Shown here piece after piece: positions 34,488 to 47,165 of a stretch of 64,000 nucleotides of DNA. The first letter of the stretch is position 1, and every line of letters begins with the position of its first letter. The notes beneath the pieces were generated by a model. The model was not told the DNA's origin. It saw only the letters and a program-made list of their open reading frames with translations, and made no database searches. The stretch comes from Perkinsus chesapeaki ATCC PRA-425. Lineage: Eukaryota > Protista > Perkinsozoa. Position numbers and translations under genes: made by a program. Where the stretch lies: positions 186,001 to 250,000 of the forward strand of contig JAAPAO010000001.1 in NCBI GenBank assembly GCA_013115145.1, written 5' to 3'.

Positions 34488-35125
34488 AGCTCACCTCTCA
34501 ATAGCCAGCTTTGTCTCCTTCCTATGTATCTCATAGGACACTGCCAGCTCCTTTTCCTGAAAGGCCCGTCACTCCCTTGTCTCTACCGCCTTACCTTCGC
34601 CTTCAGCCCCTCCCAAGCTGCCTGCTGTGCCCTCTGCGCTGCTTCTAGCTGGCTCCTGAGCCACTTGGTCTCCTCCACCATACGAGAGAACCTGATCAGC
34701 AAGCTGCCGGCGCAGTCTGCTCACTCCCATCCTCACCCTGCATTGGCTCCGTCCAACTGAGCTTTCAGTTGCCGTTCGACACTGCTGGCCTAATGATGAC
34801 AGTCGCTCACTTTCAAGCACCAGAAATGCAGCCCTACCTCAGCCAGCTTCCTCTCAGCCTCTCTCCTTATCTCGTCAACCTTACCCTTGTAGACCTGCCG
34901 TTGGTCCTTCAAAGATCCTTCGATCCTACCCATCCTGTATATCATGGCCTGATCAACTACCCCCTTCCCACCAACAGCAGCATCATCACCTACCTTGCAT
35001 TGCTTCTCAGACAACACTTCGCCTGATAAGGGTCCTATTGGTGGGAGGGATGTTCGGGAAGCTCCCCCGCTCGAAAGGGAGCTGCGAGCCGACGGTGTAT
35101 CGGTTGGGTTACCACTATCGATCAT
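30374..35125 (-). CDS. Large coiled-coil protein (centrosomal/cytoskeletal-like), many short introns
   Basis: Continuous E/K/R-rich heptad exons with GT-AG boundaries from ATG 35125; 3' end approximate. Confidence 0.75.
34184..34255 (-). tRNA. 72-nt tRNA-like element (pseudogene or tRNA-derived) inside an intron
   Basis: A-box TAGTCCAGTGG and B-box GGTTCGAATCC intact; canonical length; acceptor and anticodon stems poorly paired; ATC at the anticodon position. Confidence 0.6.
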
Positions 35126-35288
35126 GCATTATAAGTTACCATAGTCAACTGATATCGATGACGATGATAGATCTTATTAAAGATAACACGACAGAGCTCA
35201 ACAAGCAGCAGCAGCAGAATGAGAAAACATTAAAGGCATTCATGCAATAGCTAGGCCACCAGAGCTGCATTTACGGAGGAACATTACC

Positions 35289-38200
35289 CTAGGCAGCAGA
35301 GCCGCCTCCTGGAAGCGGATGAGGAGTTTGGACGACGACAGGATGAACGTACCTATCGCAAATTATTAAAATTGTAACCGAGCAAGTAGCCTCTCCCTGA
35401 CATCTCAGGATCAAATGGTGTCCTCTGACTGAGAGTCTCCTCTAGTGCGGCACAACAATGATCAATCCTCATTGCCGCCCAGATGGACATGTCCTGGCTC
35501 GGGCTGTGGTGCTGTGAGATAAGCATCTGGCCATACCAGTAACTGTCCACACAGCTCCCCGCCACCGTTTCTGTGCAGCAGTTACGTTCCAATAGCTAAC
35601 GGCACCAGAAGGAGAGCCAGCTTAGGCGAGCCCTGCGCCACGAACACCGCTGCCAGAGCCACATGTGATGAGCAAACAGACAATATGCTGCACTGGAACA
35701 GCCTAAGCCATATATTGCCACCTGTCTCATACTTATGGCTATGCATGTATCTGAGTAACGCCTCAGAGGTAGGAGGGAGCCTCTCCTTACGTGAACTGAT
35801 AGGTGTAGATAACCATTGCTGTGCCAAAGTATAGGACCCCAGGGATGAGGATGAGGGGCGAGACAACCTGATCGGGTGTGGCTGCTGCCGCTGCTGAGGT
35901 AGGTAACAAATCCCCACCATGTAGCTCGCGCAGATCAAGAACGCAAAGCACATATCAACAAGCTCGATAGCATATGGAACCTGGGAATGGTGGCAATTTA
36001 ATGGCGCGTGACGCGGCCTTGCCTCTTACGTGTGAAAGCTGTGGATCCTCATCTGGGTGACGATACTTCTGCCAAAGCATAAGCATCAAATCTCCTCCTC
36101 GGAGGAGGGTCCATCCAAGACCGAAGCCTATCTGAGGTGATGGTATCTTTTGCACGCATGCACAATTAGCTCAAACAGGCTACCTTGGCAACGAGCATCG
36201 TAACGAGATAAACTCCAACGCTGGCAATGTCCTGTCCCATGGACCGAAGGGCATCTACACAAGGAGTGTATTTGGTGCCTTGAAATGATGGAGGCCTACT
36301 CTCAAGAGTGGTGCCAGCCATGCTAACTATCCCCGGGAACGACAGCCACACCTCACCGATAACGATGACATACCTGAGGGAGAGACCGCCGCTGATTCTG
36401 CTGCTGCTGCTTCCCGTGAGTGTGTTGATTACACAGTAAGGAGCTGGAATACAAATATACGCCGTAGGACCGACACGGTGACACCCGACCTCGTCTTCTG
36501 TCTCTCGTAGTTGACACATATCCACCTACCCGACAATGGGACCACCCATGTGGCAGGGGGGCGATACGTACCGAAATATCCTCGGCAATGCTACTATAAG
36601 CAATAGTTGAAGAATGGTAGGTACGTAAAGGGCAGCCAACTTAGTCCACAGTTCAAAGCCACCCTCCTCATTCGTACTGCATGCCCATGGCAATGCTAAA
36701 CCTTAGGGACACTATAGTGCTTCAGTACAACATTAAAGGACTACTCTGGATGGCGACTAGAGGGAGCGCGTAGCCCATGGCCCAGGTCCAATAGATTAGC
36801 TTCGTGATGCGCTGTCTGAAATACATGCGGATGCTGCTGGTAATGGCAATGTGCGGAAGCGAACCTTTTGGTGGCTTGGTGAGCCGGGAAGGTGATGTTG
36901 GGCCAAATAATGTCACTGGGGCTTGGAGCGCTGCTCACTCGCCACTCATCGGTAGAATCAGCTAATCTCAATTGCAAAGCCTAGCATCATCAAGCGAGTA
37001 TCCAAGCTTCACGCGTGCATGATGCACGATCGCTCTCACCATTTGCTTCAGTCGCATTGTCCTGAACGTTACGAATGCCGTGCAGTCCTTAATGTCCGGA
37101 ATGACCGTGGTCGGTGACTGGTCTCCTCCACCTTCAGATGTAGAGGCGCTTAACCCCCGTCCCATGATAACCCTAACAGGCGTACCCCTCCCTGCAGGAG
37201 CAGCCCTGAGGAGACCACAATCGTCCCTCTGTCCGTGAGATATGCTACACCTATGTGGCTCCACAGAACTGATTGAAGAGTCATCCATGATCACATCTAG
37301 ATCGTTCTCCCAGGTTAAGTCGAGAGCCTCGTCAGGGGAGCTGGCATCACCGAGCTCTGTGTCCACCGCTGGACTATCTGGCCCGGCAACCTGAGCCATG
37401 TTCGGTATACTCCAAGTCAAGGCATAGTAATACGCATACTAAGCTCGAAGGCTGCTATATCGTAGTGTTAACTTTGATGATTGAAAGTAATAAGAGTTAT
37501 ATAAACGGACTGCTTCCAACAGACGGCCACCCAGCTCACCCCAGCGAGTTCTCTTGGAGTACCGTCGCGTTCACCGTCCTCCTCGCTATCAGCCGTGGAG
37601 TTATTGACAGTCTCAGGTAAGGTCTGTGCTACTTGGTGCCGTGGTGTTACAGCACCATGTGGTGACTCCAACGTGGCTGAGCTGCCGTGCCACAGTGCCG
37701 TCCTTAGTGAACATATCTTTTCCTAGGGGAGCGAAGCCACTTGTTATATACAACAACCGTTACTCACTTACGTCCAAGTCCCTCACACGCCGTCGAATGG
37801 TCTTCCTTGCCGAGTTGGGAACAAGCACTCGTGGCCCCGACTGGCATCGGCTCAGAACCCTCCTCAGTCTAGTTTTGGCCCGCAAGCCCGAGACGTCGTG
37901 ACAGAACGCACAGGCTTGCACCTGGACGGAGGAGAGGGATATCGCCAAGGGACCGGGCCGACCTACGGCATCCTCCCCAAGTATTTCCGCAAAGAAGTGC
38001 CGTACAGCTCGCCGAGACCTGTGCTGCGGTGGAATGCGTTCCACCATTATCGTGCCTGCTTAGTGACCGGTGGTGTGTGTGACCTTGTATGGCCCTACGC
38101 CTCTGCTGCCAATCCTCCCCCGGCATCGAGGCTATCCATGATGAACGAACTCGGGCAAAGAGGCGGTACTCCCGTGAGAGGAGGAATAGGAATAACCTGT

Positions 38201-39151
38201 AGTGTGGTGATAGAGGAGGATGATTAAGGGAAGAGCACACCAAGTTAGGATGTATGCCGCCGCTACTGGAGACCAGAACCATTGTGAACTCTGGTCCAGG
38301 TTACTAAATGATAACAGGTTCACTCCGTATACCAAGGAATCATTATCACCCGACCAATACCTATTAAGGTTGGTGGACACTTAGTGGGTGACTTAGCGTG
38401 AATACTCACATTGGAATTAAGGTAGCAAAGGAGAGGACTGATGCCCAACAGCAGAAGGTGAAGCACATCTGACAATATCGTAGTACCATGAAGCTGAAGA
38501 ATTGAGACAACACTGGTGAAGAAGAAAAAGAGGAAGGGCTGAACTAGCATTGCCTACGCATCCGGACCGATCCACGGCAATAGGTCGAACTTGCGCAGAG
38601 AAAACCAGCTGTGGAGTATCTGAGTATCTCACGCTCATTCGTGCCCCTCAGATCGTGCCCCTACTGTCGGGAAAGGCCATACACTAGGCGGTCGCTCTAT
38701 GATGTGTAAAGCATTGTATCGGTCGATCTCTTTAGGATGGTACAACTTCTGACAATACCTATTCGTTGACCTCAGCGACACAGCAGCACTCGGGGCTACA
38801 ACAGGACTACAACTGGCGGCAGAACTTATTGTATTTGAGTATTTCATATGCTATCCATTGGGCCCAAAAGGCAATAGTGCAAACCAGGCAAGTGAAGGCG
38901 ACCTGCCTAACCATCGTCACAAAGAGGGACAGCAGCAGCAGCATCTCCAGGATACCTCAGATCCGTCCATATGTTTGTAAATTCTATTCAAGCTGTTCTC
39001 CTCCCCATCATCAATACACAGTCGAAGCTTGTCACTAAGGGTGCTGAGATGTCTATCAGGACCGTCCATTCAACCCCTGCAACCCCGCAGAATTCTCGCC
39101 CGTCAGTAACACCACCCAAGTGAGCAGAGCCAATCGAGACCAAGTGTTCAT
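35289..39151 (-). CDS. OSCA/TMEM63 (CSC1/ERD4) mechanosensitive channel-like protein, multi-exon
   Basis: YCQKLYHPK after TM0, LSFSNL..SQWFW, VERIP..FFAE, AFVTF, WRVSSAPSPSDIIWPNI, multiple TM helices, C-terminal YVHP; start at 39151 assumes a signal-peptide exon. Confidence 0.85.
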
Positions 39152-39159
39152 GGGAAATG

Positions 39160-41772
39160 CTACATGTCCCGGAGCCTCTCCCACACTGTCCTTGCTACAG
39201 GCCGGGCAGAGGCATCGCCATGCCAGCAATCCACCATCAGCTCCCGTAGCGATCGTGGACAATCCTTAGGTAATGCTTCAAGGTCTGGTCTCATACCCTA
39301 CAGCGGAGCGAAGCGATTCACGTTTACCGTTTTTCAATGTACCTCACAGTTGAAACGTTTATAACAATTGCTATTGGTGAGAGGCTCGGTTGATCATCGT
39401 ATGGTCTTGTCCGTGTTATTATCTCATACATACAGATGGCAAAGGAATAGATGTCGACTTGATGGTCGCATGGATCGTCTGATAGTATCTCTGGTGCCAT
39501 CCACGCCCATGTGCCTAAGTACTCCTCCTCCTGCTGCCGACTTAATTAGCAAGGGTACCTCCGGCGTCCTGGACTGTAGAGCTCTCAGAAGGCTCAACGT
39601 CGTGCTTCATCAGAGCTATCCCAAAGTCTGCTATTTTGATAAAGGGGACCGACCTGTGGAACTCCATGAATTTCGTGGCGCGCAATAATTGCTGCGTACT
39701 TCGGTCCCTTGAAGGGATGCGCCAGTAGTAGATTCTGTGACTTGAGATCTCTATGAGTTATCAGTGGGTTGTTCGTATGGAGGTAGTATATCCCTTTAGC
39801 TGTATCGAAACATATCTTCTTTTTCTGAGTCACCACCACCACCGTCAACCTCCCACATTTCCGGAAGCTCAGTTGAATTTTTCTTCAGTAAAGACGTTTT
39901 GCTTTAAACATTCAATGCTGCCTGAATAATACCTCCTGGGAGGAATGTTCTATGGTCCGCTATTCCCGATACCCGACTGATCCCCCACCACCAAAGCTTA
40001 CCTGTTCCCATGTCATTTCGAGATCCTTTCGATCATATAGCACCGTACTCAGTGCCCCACCTTCACACAGCTCTGTCACCAGGCGAAGGGGGCGTGATTT
40101 GGTGAAAGCGCCCATGAACAGCATCAAGTTCGGATGCCTGCCAGCTGATAATTTTTCCCCTAACAGCCGTGGCGCCCACCTGAGGTTGACCAAAATATCG
40201 AGTTCCCGTTTGAACTCCGCCGTTTTCTCCTCGGTTTCTCGTGCCTTGCTCCAGGATATGTTTTTAATAGCTACATCTGCCTCCCTCCAAGTTCCCCGAT
40301 AGACATCAGCAGCAGCTCCGGAGCCCAGCACTGGACCGTATTCTGGCAAACTCGGTCACTAATCCCACCAAGACCATGGGCCTACCAAGATCGGCCAGAT
40401 CAACTTCCCATGGCTCATCGCCATCCTCATCGGCAGGTAGTATCCTACACTATCCTGTCACCATGCACACATCTCCCTCGCCTACTCTCTTGGAAGGTAT
40501 TTCCTAAACCCCCGTATCAGATCAGGAGTAGCATTAGCAAAGGCATGGCAACACATTATATCCTCAATAAGAGGATCGGCATCGTTCTCCAGCAAAAGCT
40601 TAACCTGCCGATGCCACCCCATCCGCCCCATCACCAGGGCCAACTACTACCATATCGGTGTACTCCATCTCCACTGCAGAATGCAGAGGCGTCCCTCCCA
40701 TATCGTTGATAGCATTAACATCAGCCTTCATGTCTATAAGACAGGCTGCCACCTGAGACGCCCCCTATCCTCGCCCACGGCCCAAATAGTACATCCGTCC
40801 AACCAATAAGGCTTGCGTGGTGTAATGCCGACCAGCCGGAAGCATCTCGAGAATCAACACTAACATTCAATTGAGGATCTTGACAGATCTCCTTGACCTC
40901 GTTCACATTTCCTGCCGCCACCTGATGCCACACCGCATTCCCCTCTATCCCTTCTGGCATAGTAGTACAGCTCGGAGGAGTGCCTCGAGAGCATCCTGTT
41001 CCCGTGGCTTGGTCCCCGCCACTATGTTTCTTAGAGACGATCGACGCCGTCTGGTAGCTATCTTCCTTATCTCCCCCATAGACCTCAGGAAATCCCCCTA
41101 TAATAACCATGGTTCTTACGGATGCACCAGCGAATCCAGAGACCTTTAGTTCCTCGATTCTAAGGCTGATCTGTTTCTTAGTTTCCGAGTCTGTAGTTGT
41201 AGCCAACAGTCCGTACTGTCTACGCATCTCCTCCTCTATTTGCCCGGCCTATCACCATCATCCGCCATCACTGCCTTGTCACTACTGTACCGTTCCTTCA
41301 AACAGCGATTCCTTTTCCTGATTCTCCTGATCCTCATCTCCCTGTTGCTGTTCCTTGAGGGCTTGTTGACACTGTAGCTTGAGCCTGACGTATCTATCCC
41401 CATAACAAGGCAGGTAAGGCGTACCGTTTAAGCTTCTTTGAAAGATCTATCCTCTGCTTGGCGTTTGTGGTCTGCGATAGGGTCTTGGAGACTGACCGGA
41501 GCTCCTGCTCTAATTTTCCTAGGTCCCCCGACAGGACCTGACAACCCCATGCCGCCGAGCTCCTGGAATCCAATCCACTTTGCTATTGTTGAGTAAATTG
41601 AGAGCCTATCAGGGAGGAGGCTGACGTTTGTATGTTAAACAGGATTCCACAAGTCAGACCATAAAAAGCTGTTATACTTAGGCAGTCTGCCCATAAAGGC
41701 CAAGCTAGGACCAAAATTTCACGGAAGGTCGTGCGGACTTCCCCGTTCACTCACCTGGTCATCTGCTATCAT
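39160..41772 (-). CDS. Ankyrin-repeat tyrosine-kinase-like (TKL) protein kinase, multi-exon
   Basis: GWSALHHA and GGTPLHSA ankyrin motifs; GSGAAADVY, VAIK, HPNLMLFMG, HRDLKSQN, GTWAWMAPE, DIYSF, CW..RP; start tentative. Confidence 0.9.
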
Positions 41773-42091
41773 AATATTCGACGCTTCAGTGCCGGCCCAG
41801 AGTGCGCTGGTGTTGATGTTGATATGGGCGTGCGCTAAACTAAAAAGCATGCTTAGAATCTCGCACGCCCAAAATGTGCCGTTTCAATCGATTTAGTTCT
41901 CGGCGTTGTTGTGAAGCATAGATTAGGCCGATAAACAAACCAATCGTTCCGACCTATCACTTAGTCCATCATAACCTTTGATGAACAGCATGTCTAACTA
42001 TGATTGATGGCTATGCTTAAGTGTTATGTGCGATATGTAATCTGTTAAGTTATTGTTATTATTATCAGCGATTGTTTAGCCTATTGGCATT

Positions 42092-42881
42092 ATGTCGGCC
42101 ATAGGGAGCCCGTTGCCTGCCACCGGTTCCTACTTCGCGTCTCCCCTGCCAGAGCTGAGGTACACACTTTGATAGGTGACGTCAATATCGTTTACTTCAG
42201 TGCCAACTGGCGTACTCCTGCGAGGCCTTGCCGAGCCTTTCGTCATATAACTCTATCAACTCGGCTGACAGATCAGTTCACCCCATCTGATGGTTTCATG
42301 GCAAAGACTCTATCGAAGCAGCTGCCTCCCCCACTACGCCGTTCTCCAGTGGTGGAAGAAGTCCACCGATGCTCTGACGAGAATCGGGACAGCAGTAACC
42401 AGGTGAGCTTGATCTTGTTGTTAGCCATATAGTAGCCTCCTTTATGTCGCTATGCATATCAGGCACCGACGTCCTTATTCCCTCCCAGGCCTCCTGCTAA
42501 TAGACGGCAGTCTTTAGTCCCTCTATTTGCGGCTAGTAATGTAGCTCCTCAACTTCGGTTACGAACATCAATAGCATCTTCAATAGAGATGTCTCCTCCT
42601 CCTAAACCCGTAGCTCGCCGGTAGGTCCTCCGCTTACCATTTTCCTATTACTCTTATTCAGGCTGTCTGTGTTTTGTTGCACTCCGAATCCAGCAACACC
42701 ATTGCCATCTGCTACACCTAGTGTTGAAGTTGACTCTGCAGCTGCTGCAGCAGACATCACTGCTCAGCTGAACAACATGAGACTGCGTGGTGGTGGTAAC
42801 GAGCCGCCGAGGCATCCTGTCATCCCACGGTACGGCAAGAAACCTTTGCGGCGCGAGTCGGCGAATCTTCGTCGATTGTGA
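42092..42881 (+). CDS. Hypothetical Pro/Ser/Arg-rich protein, multi-exon
   Basis: ATG 42092 with in-frame GT-AG joined exons ending RRESANLRRL*; no domain recognised. Confidence 0.55.
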
Positions 42882-43587
42882 CGCTCGCCGCCTTTATCAT
42901 TTGAAGCGGTCTAATGTTTGTTTAATCGTTCTATAATGAGTATCTATTGACCTGTTTTGTGGCTTCTAGTGCTGCTGCTGCTTTTACGGAGTTGTCTTCT
43001 TGGAGGTACTTGAGTATAATAATGCTGACATCCCTTTGTTGGTCTCTGTATAGTATTATGCGTTGACAAAGTCCTTACACTTTCATTCGGAAGTTGATGT
43101 TGTCATCTGTCACCACGTCTTGTGGGGGTGATACCATCTTCTTCATGGTACATTATAGTTCATTGTTGCTGATACCATTGAACCCTACTCTCATAGATGC
43201 TCCGGCCGCCGCGCCAAGTACTACTACCACAACAGTAGTGAATGCATGGGCATGTGAGCGTATCCTTAAAGTGGTGTTGTGTACACAGTTGTGGACGGTT
43301 GAGGTTGGGTAGGGTGATTGGATAAATGGTTGTTTGGTTGAAGAGGGTTATCAGGGAAGGTAGGGAATCTCCCGAAGATGACTTTGATGGGGAGACCACA
43401 TGTAGGTGTATGACATGCCGGAGGGTGGGTAGGGTCCTGGTTGGTAGGTGTCGCCCGATCAACTATGACGGAGTGGTCGAGTAGTAGGACATCTAAGACA
43501 GGAGGTTTATGCTACCAGCACACTGCTAACCTCTTTTCTCTGCCAGTAGCAGCAGCTTTGTTGGTAAGTTGACTGTTGTGATGGTTC

Positions 43588-45506
43588 ATGTCGATGCTAC
43601 TTCAGATTGCATCATGTCTTGATCGTAGCAGTATAGATGCCTTAGTAGCAGTGGACACTAGGCTTAGGGACTATTTAGCACCGGAGCTGCCACTCACAGC
43701 ACCTAGGAGGCAGCATGTCCGCGTGGATAAACTGTCACGGCGTCATCGGCATGACAAGTCGGAATCGAACCAAACCGGACGGGAAGCTTTGGACGTCCAT
43801 GTGGTGGTATGAGCTGGCGAGGGTGACCTCACCAGGTGTGTTGAGCTCAGAAGCCAGCTGCCTCCCGCTGCCTCACTTCCCCGAAAGCAGCGTCTTCCCT
43901 GCCGCGAGAGCTTCGAGATGCCGGCTTTGAACTTGCCGAAGAGACCAGGCCTCAACTTGGCGAAGGTAAGCCAGGCTGGTCTTTGGAGAGCGAGTTCTGT
44001 CTAGGCAGTTTTGCGAGAGTGTCACTTGTCGTTCGGAAGGGTAAGTACTTTGCCTTGAAGACCGTCACAAAGAGCCCATTGGAAATCCGTGACATGGCGG
44101 AGCATGTCAGCATTAAACGCTCCCACACTCGAAAGTATTCTACCTCACTCAGATGAAGAGGGAAGTATCTCTTCACTCCAAGCTGTCATCACACCCATCG
44201 ATTGTAGCTCTCTACGATTATGTCGAGGACTCCAGACGAATGTACCCTAGCAAGCCCCACTATACCCTCAAGGCTTCCAGATACATGCTGCTAGAGTGGT
44301 GCCCATTTGGGTCTCTCTCGGGTATCCTCGCCACCCTGACCGGCATGAGGCCCCTGCCACTTTGTATCACAGCCTGCACCGCTGCACTTGTGGTCGAGCA
44401 ACTCGCCTCGGCTACCAAGTAAAGAAGAGTCGCTAACTCTTCTGATCGCATTGGCTTCGGCAGATACCTTCACGAGAATGGCGTCATCCACCGAGACATC
44501 AAGCCAGACAACATCTTAGTGTTCGACCTAACTCCAGCAGACATAGAAATCCGCTTAACAGACTTTGGCTGGAGTAACACCTCGGCTCCTCATTGCCATT
44601 CCACCGCGGGCTGATGCCAGGTTGTCACACGGACGATCCTGCTGAGATCTACTCCAAGTGCGGCACCCCCGGCTTTGCCGCACCCGAAGTGTTCGCGGGG
44701 CGGCGGCAGTATCCAGCCAGCGATATCTGGAGCATAGGGGCTGTAGAGAGGCGTTGATCCAGTATTTTGGCTCATTTGTCGTTCGAGGTCCTCCGAGGTC
44801 TGTGCGGTCCGTCGAGTGACTATCGGAGGTTCGATTCCAGGCTGGCGGATTTAGACCAGAGGCTTTCCCGGGCGGATCCCCTGGCAAGGCCCACAGCTGA
44901 GGAGATACGTAAGTGACTCCTGGCCGAACTTACCACATTCTGTAGTGTTACAGCTCAAGACGACTGGATAAGATGGACGTTAGAGAACCGGAAGAACTAC
45001 TCCTGTGCGTGGCTCTGTCAACTAGTAGATCATGCGAAGCATTGTCGAGCCTCCAGTGAGCCGATGGGGCGTCCTTAGCAAACTCTATCGTAGGTGAAGA
45101 GATAGCACCGACTCCACCTGACGCGCCGCAGGTGCCGCCTGTACGACGCTTGGTGAGTGCAATAGGAATTGGAAATCATGCCCCTACTGCGGGTGTCTCC
45201 TCTCCCATGATGGGCAGTAACAGATCTCCGGTGTTGTCACCAAGGTCGCCAGCCTGGGCTTTAAAGTCAGCTGTAGGCCGTCTCTACGGGTTGTGAATTT
45301 TGAATTGCTAATAGGGTCCCCAATCGAATACCCCTCCTGATCGGCAGCAGTCCAGTAACAGTCCATGGCGTAACGCCGTGGCCTTCCCACCGGGGCATAT
45401 ATCTGCTCCTCAGCCATTTACAACTATTGTTAGAGCTCAGCAGCAGCACCAATGGCAGCCCTCATCCCAACCTCTCATATACACCAGCACAGTAGGCAAA
45501 ATGTGA
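43588..45506 (+). CDS. Aurora-like Ser/Thr kinase with an F-box-like N-terminal segment, multi-exon
   Basis: [30 protein letters not shown] (Aurora signature), [16 protein letters not shown]; low-complexity tail; end approximate. Confidence 0.85.
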
Positions 45507-45639
45507 AGAAGAATAAGATCGTCACTGCTGTTGCTTGGTCAGATGCCACAATCGGTCTTGGGAAGTCCTTTTTTGGAACCGAGGATAATCAGACGCTCCG
45601 CGACAATTTCCCTGCTACCATCTCCTGGTGTTACAATGA

Positions 45640-46686
45640 CAGCAATGACCGACGGGAGTTGACACCCGATGAAGTTTTATTGTTAAGTCGTCTTCTGTCT
45701 TTCTTGTGCTTCAACAATGCCTTGTGTTATGGGAGTACTTCAAGAATAGTGAACAACTTTTGACCAAGCTGGTCACGGTGCTAGTGGGACACAATAGACT
45801 AGCAGCAGACACCTCCATTAAACTAAGCTTACCGATAGTACTACTGCGCAAGACGTAGTGGCGGTACTGAAGTCTTTTATCTGGTTGACTTTTTGCTGTT
45901 GATGTTTTCAACTCGTATCAACGGCGACAAACCCGAAGGCTGTATTGCCTTGATACTGTGATGCTTCCCTAGAATGCCGGCCAAATCACTTATGAGATAG
46001 GTACCTCGCATGTGGCATACGTACATGCAAACACTCATCGAAAGCTACTAGGCTCCCACCACGGGCTACCCACAAGATTGTGCCTCCTCCTTTTGATGAT
46101 CTACGGTGAACAAATGTGGTCGGATGAGGGGAGGAATCTTCCTTAGGAGTCCTTCCTCTGACGCATCGACTGCTGATGATGACTGCTCCACTGGTCCGCT
46201 GTCTCCAGCCGGTATCGGACCAATTACTTCTAGGTAAGCTTATTTTTAACATGTATGTTGCGATGACTCAGAATCAGGGCGCCGATATCTCGCTCAATCT
46301 CCAGCGAAGAGCTCGTTGGCTTCGAATTCGACCTGGACCATCACCACAACTCGCATAACATCTCTCAGCATCATCCTCTTGCCGATTACTTCCCTCGCTC
46401 TGGACGGTGCAAAATACGCCCGAAAGTAAATAGACATGAGCTTAGCGGCTTAGTGTAGCATCAGGCGGAACCCCCTCGAGGAGTGGTTGACTCGTTCCTC
46501 GACCGTTTGTTCCCTTTGCCAGCTAACTCAGAGGTATCCTTGTCCTTTGACACTGCGGAGATATGGTAACATGTTCAGGTGGTCGAGAGCAAGGTGGACT
46601 CCGGACCCTGTTCTCGACTAGATATCGCTAGAACTGCTTGGCACGTTCGTCAAGGGCGTTGTCAACCCATCAAAAGCTGCATGTAG
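45640..46686 (+). CDS. Hypothetical multi-exon protein (start unresolved)
   Basis: In-frame exons from ~46060 (IVPPPFDDLR|SPSSDAST..|..IKSCM*) with canonical splice sites. Confidence 0.45.
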
Positions 46687-47165
46687 GACGGGCTCAAATC
46701 GTGGTAATTTCGCATTGATTCATTCTTAGCAAACGCGCTGAAGATTCGATTAAGCCCGCAGCAGCTGTCCACTTCGCAGATTGCCAAACAGTCAAGTACG
46801 TAACGCACTGAATGACCAAGGTTCGAAGCCATAAGCGACGGTGGAGACTCTACCGTCTCTGTTGCCTTAAGGTTGGTGAATCCATCATGTGGATGACCGC
46901 CTTACACTTTGTCCCTCGGGGGCCCTTGACATATCTCTCTCATCATCTTATATATATTCCAATTCTGACCGTGCCACTCTTGCTGATCGAGTATATAACA
47001 ATGTCTCGTCAAACGACTCTCAAGTTTGAGTCTCGTCCGTCACATCATTGTAGAACATTCGTCTATTCACCATTCCTTGTTTTAATTGATATCATACTCT
47101 TGCGTTTTCCCAGTCGGCACAAACCCAACAACTTATGCAGAAAACGGTACTCGAGGTACATGTGT

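Noticed and set aside
42930-43490. Possible spliced gene with a CxCxxC motif
   Set aside because: No consistent start-to-stop frame could be built.
43588-45506. In-frame TGA/TAG codons as selenocysteine or readthrough
   Set aside because: The stops examined fall inside GT-AG introns whose removal restores conserved motifs.
46818-46832. Isolated B-box-like GGTTCGAAGCC
   Set aside because: No tRNA stems or A-box nearby; compatible with chance.
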